DNA from: an uncultured archaeon
GTDB lineage: Archaea > Iainarchaeota > Iainarchaeia > Iainarchaeales > CSSED10-239
Length of the DNA: 32,000 nucleotides
Direction: 5' to 3'
Assembly: GCA_964496765.1 (NCBI GenBank)
Contig: CAZCAP010000006.1
Coordinates: forward strand, 1 to 32,000
Under the pieces are notes generated by a model. It worked only from the letters and a program-made list of their open reading frames with translations. It did not search any database and had not been told where the DNA came from. The position numbers and the translations under genes were made by a program. Position 1 is the first letter of the stretch, and each line of letters opens with the position of its first letter. Shown in pieces: positions 17,597 to 26,356 of this stretch.

Positions 17597-18277
17597 TTAT
17601 GTAAAAAATATTGATTTTGGTAGAAACAAAATAATTGCACTTAAAATAAATGTAACAATTATTGTAACAAACATTACTGTTGAAATGTTTATTGGTGTTT
17701 TTTTATATGCTTCATGATTATCTTTAATTGCTTCTTCGTGGAACATGTATGACATCCCAACTAGGATAGCAACATTAATTATCATATAAATAGGCATGAA
17801 AAATTTTATGTGATCAGTAAACATCATAACTGTTATCATGGGGCCCATTGTTCCACCCATAATTCCAGACATCATTCCCTGAAGTGCACCCATTGTTGTT
17901 TTTGAGTGAAGACCTGACCAAAATCCAATTCCTACTCCTATTATGGTCCCCACCATGGCTCCAATAAAGAAACCATTGGTAATCCCAATAACTGCTCCAA
18001 TCATCATTCCTGCCTGCATTCCAAGTGTCATTCCAATCATCATTCCAGTCATACAATTGATTTTTACTTTGTATGCTAAAAAATGCCAGGTGCTACCAGT
18101 GAGAAATGCAATACTGATATTTAAATACAAGAACCAGAGAGCATATCTAATCATTATTCCTGTATTTTTTAAAAACACAAAATGAATCCCAATTTCAATT
18201 ATTGAGGCAACTATAAATGTTAGTAGGATAATCAATACAGCTCTTTTTTCGATTTCAAAATTATTGTTTTCGCTCAA
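17597..18277 (-). CDS. Met/Gly-rich polytopic membrane protein (candidate Cu(I) handling)
   Basis: 226 aa. By my count, 16 Met fall within about 86 residues of GxxxG/MxxxM-type sequence (MTGMMIGMTLGMQAGMMIG...GMMSGIMGGTMGPMITVMMF). TTG start with GGGTGA 8 nt upstream, 2 nt after the copZ stop. Confidence 0.6.
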   Translation of the reverse strand: MSENNNFEIEKRAVLIILLTFIVASIIEIGIHFVFLKNTGIMIRYALWFLYLNISIAFLTGSTWHFLAYKVKINCMTGMMIGMTLGMQAGMMIGAVIGITNGFFIGAMVGTIIGVGIGFWSGLHSKTTMGALQGMMSGIMGGTMGPMITVMMFTDHIKFFMPIYMIINVAILVGMSYMFHEEAIKDNHEAYKKTPINISTVMFVTIIVTFILSAIILFLPKSIFFT

Positions 18278-18279
18278 AT

Positions 18280-18483
18280 TTATTTCACCCTATAACCTTT
18301 GTCTCTTATAATCTCTTTTATTTTAAGTTCATTAATTTTATTTTCATCAAATGATATTTTCACAATTCCATTAGCTGAAGACACATTAACCTCAGAGACT
18401 CCATTCTTTTCAAGAAGTCCTTCTTTAATTAAATACTCACAGCTTTTACAATGCATTCCTTTCACATCAAACTCTACATCCAT
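18280..18483 (-). CDS. copZ: HMA-domain copper chaperone
   Basis: MDVEFDVKGMHCKSCEYLIKEGL contains the GMxCxxC motif. The ATG at 18483 is preceded by AAGGTGAT with a 4-5 nt spacer. 67 aa. Confidence 0.85.
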   Translation of the reverse strand: MDVEFDVKGMHCKSCEYLIKEGLLEKNGVSEVNVSSANGIVKISFDENKINELKIKEIIRDKGYRVK

Positions 18484-18559
18484 TTTAATCACCTTTTTTT
18501 TATAACTAATCAATTAATTCCTAGTAGGCTTAATCAGAAACCGCTTATATAGGTACTTG

Positions 18560-18573
18560 TGAAACTAGTTTCA
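18560..18573. promoter_or_regulatory. Perfect 14-bp palindrome TGAAACTAGTTTCA upstream of the copper operon
   Basis: Perfect dyad. It lies about 80 nt upstream of the copZ start and next to a TATATAA element (minus strand, 18544-18551), between the regulator gene and copZ. Confidence 0.4.
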
Positions 18574-18630
18574 TGAATAGATTAGAATAGGATGTGTAAA
18601 ATTAGGTGAAATAAAGAAAAAAAATAAATA

Positions 18631-19140
18631 TTAATTTTTTAAAACAATAATATTTGTCATTCCTCTTCTTTTTCTTTCAATCAATTCTTTGAATTCAAGC
18701 TTATCAAGAATTCTGCTGATCTTAACCTTTGTAAAACCAGTTTTTGAAAGTAGATCTGATTGATAAATTGAACCCTTATTTGCAATAATTTTTTCAAGAA
18801 CCAGTTTTTCATCAATTGCAAGCTCAGAAAGTATTTTTGTATAATCCATTTTGGGTGTTTTGTTTGATTTTTTTTCTTTTATTCTTTTGATTTCCACTTT
18901 GGTTATTATCTTTTCCTCCCACCCAAAGAAAATCAGATAAATTCCAATCAGAATAACAATGATCATAATTCCTATACTAATGTTTGTTTGAAAATTAATT
19001 GTATCCCACATGGTACAACTAGAACCATGTGTACAGGAGTCAGTGACAATATCAGTCATTGCGTTATTGAATAAATAAATTATTCCTCCAATTAATAGCG
19101 CAATAATTATTATTAAAATTCCTACAACTCTGTTTTTCAT
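18631..19140 (-). CDS. Membrane-tethered winged-helix (MarR/TrmB-like) transcription regulator
   Basis: Two TM segments flank a loop DSCTHGSSCTMWD. The C-terminal LVLEKIIANKGSIYQSDLLSKTGFTKVKISRILDKLEFKELIERKRRGMTNIIVL is a typical wHTH. Confidence 0.65.
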   Translation of the reverse strand: MKNRVVGILIIIIALLIGGIIYLFNNAMTDIVTDSCTHGSSCTMWDTINFQTNISIGIMIIVILIGIYLIFFGWEEKIITKVEIKRIKEKKSNKTPKMDYTKILSELAIDEKLVLEKIIANKGSIYQSDLLSKTGFTKVKISRILDKLEFKELIERKRRGMTNIIVLKN

Positions 19141-19162
19141 AAATATTCTTTACTCCTAAAAT

Positions 19163-22021
19163 CTATTCAACAAGTATTCCTGGTCTTCCAGGACTTGCAA
19201 CTCTTGCTTTTGGATTATCAAAATCCTCTGCTTTCTTAATTGAAATATCACAATTAAATATATTTTCAAGGAAACCTTCTATATCCTTATAGAAAGCAAA
19301 TTCCTCTTTTTGGGTTGTAATTACATCAGTAACTGGATTCTTCATTAACCTAGTTATTGTTTTTGAAATATCCTCTTTATGCTCCTCATAGCGGGAGATG
19401 AAAAGGGACACTAACTGTCCAACATTCTTTGTTGTTTTTAATTCCTCAATTAATTCTTTATAAAATTTATATTTCCAGTCATCGGAAACAAATAGGGTAA
19501 CTTTACTCACTTTTTCAAGATTAGCCATTTTAATTACTGTTCTAATTTCACCAGCTAGATCATCAATCTTCTTCTCTGCTTCAACTAAACCAAAATCAAT
19601 CTTTATCTCATCAATCTCAGGAAAATGAGAACTAATCACAAGATCATCATAGCCAAGTAAACTATTTAGTTCTTCAGCCATGTGCGGAGTAAACAAACCC
19701 ATTGTTTTTATCCATTTATGTAATATTTTCTTGAATATGTTTTTATTATTTCCTCCTCTTCTCTGATACCAAACTAAATCATTATAAAAATTAAAATAAA
19801 TTTCATCGGTTGCAACCTTAAACTCAATCTTTTCCATTGCCTGGGTAATGGTGTTTAATCTTATATTGAAAATAGATTCCAACCACAAATCAAGTTTGTC
19901 CTCTTTCTTATCCATTAGATCCTTATTTTCTAATATGGACTCAACAAAACCAAATATTTTTTCAAGTCTTGTTTTATAAATTAATAGATCATCCTCTTCA
20001 AAGGATATGTTAGAAAAAGGAGATGCTACATTTGCATAGAATAGTCTGATTGCATCAATTGAATATTTCTTTGCTTCTCTTCCAATTGATCCAACTCCAC
20101 CTTTTGATTTAGATATCTTTCCTGTTTTTGAAACAACCCACCAATTAACAAATATTCCCTGTGGGTAATATTTTTCTGGTAGAAGAGCAACGTGATTCAT
20201 TAGAAAAGTTGGGAAATGAACTGTTTGATGCTCCTGTCCTCCTAGATTAATATCAAGTGGGTACCAATAATCAACATCTTTTCTTATTTTTTCTAGAAGT
20301 TCTATTGAAACTCCTGTATCTTTAGAAATTTTATTTATATCTCCTTTTTCAATGAAAACAAAATCAAAGAATTCTTCTGTTAATTGTTCAACCTTAAGTT
20401 CTCCCCTATTTACATATAATGAAACTAAATAATAGATAGGATACAATGTGCTATCTGATATTGGCTCAATCACATAGCTGTCATCAAATGGTAATTTAGT
20501 TCCGAGCCATCTTCCTTGACGAGCACAAGCCCTATCATCAAACCAATTTAAAATGTTTGAAAGGTTATGCTTAAACTGCTCAGGAAGAATGTTCATTTCT
20601 TTTGTGTGATTAAGTGTTTTCTTTGTTAATTCCTCATCAGAATATTTAATAAACCATTGATCAACAATTCTTTTAATTATAACTTGCTCTCCGCATCTAC
20701 AGAGAACTTCTTCAGATAAGTCATAAAACAAATAGGCTTGATTATTTTTAATTAATTCATCTTTAATTTTATCTTTTACGGCCTCAACTTTTTGATTAGC
20801 AAACTCTTCACAATTGTCTTTCATAATTCCTGTATGAAAACCGATCTTATAAATTTCTTTTTTTGCTTCCTCAAGCTTTTCTTCATCCTTTTGGGATCTA
20901 ATGTTTAATCTTTCACAAATTTCCTTTGCTGGATAGTCCCCATACCCTTTAGATTTAATAATTGAGATTAATTTTATGTTTTTAATATCTGAATAATTAA
21001 GCCCATATTTCTTACACTCAAGTTCAGACGTTTGTAAATCATAGAGCCCCATATAATCAGAGGGTGCATCAGATGGAACGCTTGTAACAATTCCAGTTCC
21101 AATCTTTGGATCACAAAAACTTGATGGAAGAATAATTATATCTCTATTTATTTTTGGGGAGGTTACATATTTACCTACTAGTTCCTTTCCTTTTACTGTT
21201 CCAATGATTTTTGTATCATCTTTTTGATATTTTAGTTTTTCTGCAAACTCCTGTGAACCAATCCAAACTTCATTTCCCACTTGGATTTTAACATAATCAT
21301 TATAATAATCAAGCCATATGTTTGTTTGACCAAAAATGGTTTCTGGTCTTAGAGTAGCAACAACAATAAACTGATTATCCTTTTCAAATTTTAATTTAAG
21401 AAGAGTGTATTCATTTTTTTCTGCAGTTCCACCTTTAGATAGATCCATTTCTGATGGATCAACAGCAACTGGCCCACACTTAACACAGGCAGTTGCAAAA
21501 TATGGTTTTTGAATTAATAGCTTTTGCTCATTAAGTTTTTTAAATTGCCATTCAATAAATTTATTATAATCTGGATAGGTGGTTACAGTAAATCTTCTAT
21601 CATCCACAATGAAACCATAATCTTTATAGTCTTGTATATATTTTTCTGAGAAATAGGAAACAAATCCTTCGGGAGTTGAAATTTTTTTAAGATCATTGTC
21701 ACTAAGGCCTCTATCCCTATAGTATTCAATGGCTTCTTGATCTCCTTCCTTTACCTTTTGTGCTTTAGCAACAGCACCATTTCCTGATGCGTGTCCACCA
21801 GCAGGCATAAGAACATTGTATCCTCTCATTCTTTTGTATCTTGAGATTGCATCAGCATAGGAATATCCTCTCATATGTCCAACATGTTGGAATCCAGAAA
21901 CAGTTAGATAAGCCCAGATAATGAAATACTTAGGTTTATTTATATCTATTTCTGAGCAATTAACTTTAGATTCTTCCCAGGTTTTTTGCCATTTTTTTTC
22001 AAAATCTTTGTAGTTGTACAT
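19163..22021 (-). CDS. leuS: Leucyl-tRNA synthetase (archaeal/eukaryal type)
   Basis: HIGH-type motif HVGHMRGY, KMSKS-type KISKSKG, about 950 aa. Start chosen at MYNYKDFEKKWQKTWEE, which matches the archaeal LeuRS N-terminus pattern (…EEKWQK.W). The upstream ATG at 22072 is less likely. Confidence 0.93.
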   Translation of the reverse strand: MYNYKDFEKKWQKTWEESKVNCSEIDINKPKYFIIWAYLTVSGFQHVGHMRGYSYADAISRYKRMRGYNVLMPAGGHASGNGAVAKAQKVKEGDQEAIEYYRDRGLSDNDLKKISTPEGFVSYFSEKYIQDYKDYGFIVDDRRFTVTTYPDYNKFIEWQFKKLNEQKLLIQKPYFATACVKCGPVAVDPSEMDLSKGGTAEKNEYTLLKLKFEKDNQFIVVATLRPETIFGQTNIWLDYYNDYVKIQVGNEVWIGSQEFAEKLKYQKDDTKIIGTVKGKELVGKYVTSPKINRDIIILPSSFCDPKIGTGIVTSVPSDAPSDYMGLYDLQTSELECKKYGLNYSDIKNIKLISIIKSKGYGDYPAKEICERLNIRSQKDEEKLEEAKKEIYKIGFHTGIMKDNCEEFANQKVEAVKDKIKDELIKNNQAYLFYDLSEEVLCRCGEQVIIKRIVDQWFIKYSDEELTKKTLNHTKEMNILPEQFKHNLSNILNWFDDRACARQGRWLGTKLPFDDSYVIEPISDSTLYPIYYLVSLYVNRGELKVEQLTEEFFDFVFIEKGDINKISKDTGVSIELLEKIRKDVDYWYPLDINLGGQEHQTVHFPTFLMNHVALLPEKYYPQGIFVNWWVVSKTGKISKSKGGVGSIGREAKKYSIDAIRLFYANVASPFSNISFEEDDLLIYKTRLEKIFGFVESILENKDLMDKKEDKLDLWLESIFNIRLNTITQAMEKIEFKVATDEIYFNFYNDLVWYQRRGGNNKNIFKKILHKWIKTMGLFTPHMAEELNSLLGYDDLVISSHFPEIDEIKIDFGLVEAEKKIDDLAGEIRTVIKMANLEKVSKVTLFVSDDWKYKFYKELIEELKTTKNVGQLVSLFISRYEEHKEDISKTITRLMKNPVTDVITTQKEEFAFYKDIEGFLENIFNCDISIKKAEDFDNPKARVASPGRPGILVE

Positions 22022-22119
22022 AAAATCACAAATATTTATAATAGATACATTATATTTTATGTTAAAATACATATAAAAATAGTATTGTATCCTAAAAAAA
22101 TGAGAAATTGAATATTAAG

Positions 22120-22191
22120 CGCCCTGGGCGAGAGTCGGACTCGCCCCGCAACCTTGACAGGGTCGCATCCTAACCGATAGACTACCAGGGC
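22120..22191 (-). tRNA. tRNA-Asp (anticodon GUC)
   Basis: The reverse complement folds as a 72-nt cloverleaf. Acceptor GCCCUGG/CCAGGGC, D stem GUCU/GGAU, anticodon stem CGACC/GGUUG with loop CUGUCAA, T stem GCGAG/CUCGC, discriminator G. No encoded CCA. Confidence 0.9.
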
Positions 22192-22256
22192 ACATATTCC
22201 CTTTTTATAAAAAAGAGTTTATTTACTTATATAATTAACCACAAAAACATTTATAT

Positions 22257-22856
22257 TTATATCTTGACCTTCTTTTTCAAATAAATCCAACCAATTACTA
22301 GAACAATTACAAAGATTAATATAAGTAATATTAGGTTATAAGATTTCACTATTGTTTCAGATACCTGCTCACCAATAAAATATCCAAGACTTGTTAAAAA
22401 TAAACACCAGATACCTGCTCCTAGACCAGTATATAAAATAAATTTCTTTAGATCCATTTTTGCAAACCCAGCAGGAAGAGAAATGTATTGTCTAACCAGA
22501 GGAATTAGTCTACCAATAAATGTGGTTTTCCCTCCATGTTTTATAAAATAATCATCAATCTTCAGAAGAGATTCTTTCTTTATAAAAAACATTTTGGAAT
22601 GAGATAGTAAATATTCTCTTCCAAAGTATCTTGCAATAGTATAATTGATTCCTGCTCCTAGAAGAGAACCAGCTATTGCAATTATTATAATTATCCAAAA
22701 ATTAAATTGCCCTGTTGATGCTAGGTACCCAGCAGGAATTAATATAACCTCCGAAGGAAAAGGAATAAATGAACTTTCCAGGGTCATTAATAGGAAAACA
22801 CCAAAGTAGCCTAAAGTAAACATCAAAGTGTTTAATGATAATAAAATAAAATCCAT
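22257..22856 (-). CDS. DedA-family membrane protein
   Basis: Motifs: FIPFPSEVILIPAGYLA, GRLIPLVRQYISLPAG and a multi-TM layout typical of DedA/SNARE-associated proteins. Confidence 0.85.
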   Translation of the reverse strand: MDFILLSLNTLMFTLGYFGVFLLMTLESSFIPFPSEVILIPAGYLASTGQFNFWIIIIIAIAGSLLGAGINYTIARYFGREYLLSHSKMFFIKKESLLKIDDYFIKHGGKTTFIGRLIPLVRQYISLPAGFAKMDLKKFILYTGLGAGIWCLFLTSLGYFIGEQVSETIVKSYNLILLILIFVIVLVIGWIYLKKKVKI

Positions 22857-22889
22857 AATCTATCTTTTTTTGTTTAATAGTTTTGCTTA

Positions 22890-23567
22890 TTAAATTAACA
22901 TAGATAAGAAAAAGATTAAAAGGCTTACGGGAAGGAGAATTAATAAATAAATGATTGCTTTTTTCCTATTATCCTCTAAAATGGATAAATATATTGAAGA
23001 AATTATAATATATTCAACAATATAGATGATTACACAATAATAGGTAATGGAATATAAAGAAATACCAACTGTTTCACTAATCTCAGGAACAGATGTTTTT
23101 AAGCTCTTAATTAGAGAGATTACAATTCCAAGTATACCAGGAACAATCAAACTACTAGAGAAGAGAATGGTGTACTTCTGCATAAGAAGATTTGAGTTTC
23201 GTTCATCAAGAACCTGCTTGGTTTTAATAAAATTATCAGCAACAGACTTATAGTCAGAAAAGGAAATGGTTCCACTTGTTGTAGATAAATAGATTAAATC
23301 TAGGAATCTATTTAGTATCTCTGAATTATATTTCCTTTTTAAAATATCAAACAACTCTTTAGGTTTGTGGCCTTTATTTATTTTTAATAGAATATCTGTA
23401 AAGTTTCTAGAAATTATTTTATTTCTTGATTTAGAGAGTTTTTCAAGAATTATTTTTAAATCATTACTCTTGGGAATGGAAGAAAGCTTAAGTATTTCAT
23501 CAACCAATGCATTTTCTAATTTTCTTCTCTCAAGAGAAAAATAATATTTTTCAAATAAATTAAACAT
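22890..23567 (-). CDS. T2SS-F/TadC/FlaJ-like platform protein (half-size)
   Basis: 225 aa. A soluble helical N-terminal domain is followed by C-terminal TM segments. It sits directly downstream of a second T2SSF-like gene and the ATPase. The assignment rests on architecture and context. Confidence 0.5.
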   Translation of the reverse strand: MFNLFEKYYFSLERRKLENALVDEILKLSSIPKSNDLKIILEKLSKSRNKIISRNFTDILLKINKGHKPKELFDILKRKYNSEILNRFLDLIYLSTTSGTISFSDYKSVADNFIKTKQVLDERNSNLLMQKYTILFSSSLIVPGILGIVISLIKSLKTSVPEISETVGISLYSITYYCVIIYIVEYIIISSIYLSILEDNRKKAIIYLLILLPVSLLIFFLSMLI

Positions 23568-23585
23568 ATTTATTTATTTCACTTC

Positions 23586-24329
23586 CTATAGAGGATTATT
23601 GGATCTTATTACTAATAGCAGCAACATATCAATTAACGGGAAAAGTACGATTGTAATAAACACAATTGTAATTGGAGAAAAACTAAGTTCGAGAAAATTA
23701 CTTCCCACCAATAAAAACATTAGAAACATGGATGGAATGATTGCTGAAAAAACAATAAACAATAATGTTAATAAATTTAATTTAGTTGAGAATCTCCTAA
23801 CCATTTGGGTTTGATTTTCAAAAATGGTGTCAGATAATGTTTTTAGAGAATACTCCTTATTCCTGACTCCTGAATCCATAATATCTTCAATTTGATAAAA
23901 AACTCTTTCAAGTTCAGGATAACTTGAGGACACTGAAAACAAGGCATCCTGTAAATTAAAACCATGATTTCTAACCAAATACAAAGCTTCTCCAATCAAT
24001 CTCCCAATCTCACTATTATCACACCTTGATTCAAGCGCAATCTTGAGCGGAATATTCTTTGAAAGATCAGTTGCTAAATTATTTAAAAAGAAGGGAAGTT
24101 CCTGTTGTATTTTTTTTCTTCTGGTTTCTAAAACTATTTTTTTATTAAAAAAAGTTATTGAAAAGAAAATTATAAATGAAAGAATAAATATATAAATTAA
24201 ATTATTAAATGATAATTCAAATAAACTATAATCCACAAGCTTGTATATAAGAAACAACGAAAGAAAGAGAACACAATAGAGAATTAAGTTCTTTCTTGAA
24301 AAAATCTCTTCAATAATCTTTGGCATCAT
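23586..24329 (-). CDS. T2SS-F/TadB/FlaJ-like platform protein (half-size)
   Basis: N-terminal TMs, then ELPFFLNNLATDLSKNIPLKIALE...GEALYLVRNHGFNLQDALFSV..., then C-terminal TMs. This is the layout of the GspF/PilC/TadB domain. The start overlaps the ATPase stop (ATGA). Confidence 0.6.
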   Translation of the reverse strand: MMPKIIEEIFSRKNLILYCVLFLSLFLIYKLVDYSLFELSFNNLIYIFILSFIIFFSITFFNKKIVLETRRKKIQQELPFFLNNLATDLSKNIPLKIALESRCDNSEIGRLIGEALYLVRNHGFNLQDALFSVSSSYPELERVFYQIEDIMDSGVRNKEYSLKTLSDTIFENQTQMVRRFSTKLNLLTLLFIVFSAIIPSMFLMFLLVGSNFLELSFSPITIVFITIVLFPLIDMLLLLVIRSNNPL

Positions 24330-26206
24330 TTACGTTTATCTCCCTTAGCACTCATGGTTTGAATGAAAAATGAAAGAACATCCTCTGGGGAGGGGGTGGT
24401 GGTTTTGGAAGCACACTTGTCCAAGAAATATAGCAAGCTTTTATTTTGTTTTTTAAATAGTTTATTTAATTCCAGTTGATTTTTAACTCCAAAAGCAATT
24501 CTAAATTTATCAAACAATTTTTTGGAAGTTCCAACCTTTACAAGCTTATCTTTATTTATATCAAATTCAAATAATCTATTTAATACAGGCTTATTATTTT
24601 CAAAGATAACTTCACAAATCTCAGTTACATTTCTTAGATCTGATACCTTACCTTTATTATATTTATTATATCTTCTTTGAACAATAATTAAATCAATAAC
24701 TCCTAAATCATTCTCAATAACACCATAGGAAACTAATCTTAAAAGTGCTTCCTTTGCACTTTGAGAATGGAAAGTGGTATAGGTTCCCTTTGCTTGCCCA
24801 CAGAGCATAGAATCAATTATCGCTTTTGATTCATCCCTTGATCTCACTTCTCCAATAACAACCCTATCGGGTCTCATCCTAAGTGTATTAATAACTAGAG
24901 AATCAAGAGTAACTCCCAAATCAGGATTAACAAGAGTAAATATCTTGTGCTCATGGGGTATGTTTATTTCTCTAACCTCTTCAACCACAACAAACCTTTC
25001 ATCAGGTGGAATAAAAGAAAGAAGAGCATTAAGAGTTGTGGTCTTCCCAGAACCTGTATTCCCAACAACAAACACATTTGAATCAGTTAAAAAAGCCAGA
25101 GATAAAAATGAAAGCGCATCAATGGACAACGTGTTTCTTTTAATTAAATCAATAATAGTAAATGGCTTTTCTGAGAATTTTCTAATTGTAACACACACAC
25201 TTTCAGTAATTGGTGAAATTATTGCATTCATTCTAGACGCACCAATGGTTGCATCCAAAAGTGGATTCTTCAAAGTTATATACTTATTGGTTTCCCAGGA
25301 TAATTTATTAATTAAATCTTTAATTATTTTAGAAGACGTATATACTAAGTTTGTTTCAAGCCACCCAAAGATTCTATGATACACAAAGACTGGTTTGTTT
25401 TCTCCAATTATTGAGATTTCTTCTAGACTATCATCCACAAGTAGGTTTGATAGAGGCCCATAGTCATAGAGATTACCATAGGCAATCAAAAGAATATAAT
25501 TGAATTGATCAGATTCCAGTTCTATCTTTTCTCTAAGGCAATAATTAACTAGTGTTTCTTCAAGTTCGTTTTTTACAATTCCTGGTAGTTTATCAGGAGT
25601 ATTTATTCTAACCTGTTTTTCATTATCATCTTTAATATCAAACCTATCCCTGTATTCATCTATAACAAAATTAATTATTTCAATCTCATCAATTGAGAGA
25701 ATGGATTCCTCAATAAAATAATATTTTTTATTTGAATCATCTATATATACGTTTTTAGAAAGGTTTTTTTTATTAAACTCAAATATTCTATAGCCTAGAT
25801 ATTTATTAATTATTTCTAACTCATCACTTTCACTAGTGTCATTAACCAGTTCTAAAATATCTGGATTGTTTTTTAAACAATATCTATTAAATGATTGTTG
25901 AGAACATAGATCACACTTATATGCTTTATTCTTTTTAACTACAATTGCATTGTGTGGGCAAACAGCAATACATTCTAAACATCCAGTACATCTTTCTGGA
26001 TCAATAGATACAACCCCCTTTGCAGAGAAGTAGATTGCATTTGTTTTGCAGGCACCTAAACAGGGAGCATCTTCACAATTCTTACAATTAAATACAATTA
26101 GAGCATCTCTTACTTTAAATTCATAGGGGCAATTAAGAAATAGGTTTTTATTTTTTCTCGTAGATAGTACTTTAGCTTTGTCTTCATCTTTAAATTTAAT
26201 ATACAT
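24326..26206 (-). CDS. FlaI/PilB/VirB11-class secretion ATPase with an N-terminal 4Fe-4S (DmsB/HycB-type) ferredoxin module
   Basis: Motifs: Walker A GNTGSGKTT, Asp box VVVEEVREI, Walker B PDRVVIGEVR, His box TTFHS. The N-terminal 110 aa carry CKNCEDAPCLGAC, CTGCLECIAVCP and CDLC...C. Confidence 0.85.
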   Translation of the reverse strand: MYIKFKDEDKAKVLSTRKNKNLFLNCPYEFKVRDALIVFNCKNCEDAPCLGACKTNAIYFSAKGVVSIDPERCTGCLECIAVCPHNAIVVKKNKAYKCDLCSQQSFNRYCLKNNPDILELVNDTSESDELEIINKYLGYRIFEFNKKNLSKNVYIDDSNKKYYFIEESILSIDEIEIINFVIDEYRDRFDIKDDNEKQVRINTPDKLPGIVKNELEETLVNYCLREKIELESDQFNYILLIAYGNLYDYGPLSNLLVDDSLEEISIIGENKPVFVYHRIFGWLETNLVYTSSKIIKDLINKLSWETNKYITLKNPLLDATIGASRMNAIISPITESVCVTIRKFSEKPFTIIDLIKRNTLSIDALSFLSLAFLTDSNVFVVGNTGSGKTTTLNALLSFIPPDERFVVVEEVREINIPHEHKIFTLVNPDLGVTLDSLVINTLRMRPDRVVIGEVRSRDESKAIIDSMLCGQAKGTYTTFHSQSAKEALLRLVSYGVIENDLGVIDLIIVQRRYNKYNKGKVSDLRNVTEICEVIFENNKPVLNRLFEFDINKDKLVKVGTSKKLFDKFRIAFGVKNQLELNKLFKKQNKSLLYFLDKCASKTTTPSPEDVLSFFIQTMSAKGDKRK

Positions 26207-26356
26207 CTAGATAAATCACAGATATATTCATGAATAAAATTATTAATATTTGTATTCCTATAATTAAAAAATAATTAAACTCAAATAAAGATAAAACAAT
26301 CAAGGATAATTAATATCAAACACGTTTGCCATTGCATTATAGCTTGATTTAAATCT

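Noticed and set aside
17814-18056. Same-strand alternative-frame ORF rich in W/D/N (MYDWNDDWNDTWNAG...)
   Set aside because: It is a frame-shifted reading of the repetitive ATG/GGA-rich codons of the Met/Gly-rich membrane protein gene. It has no independent start context.
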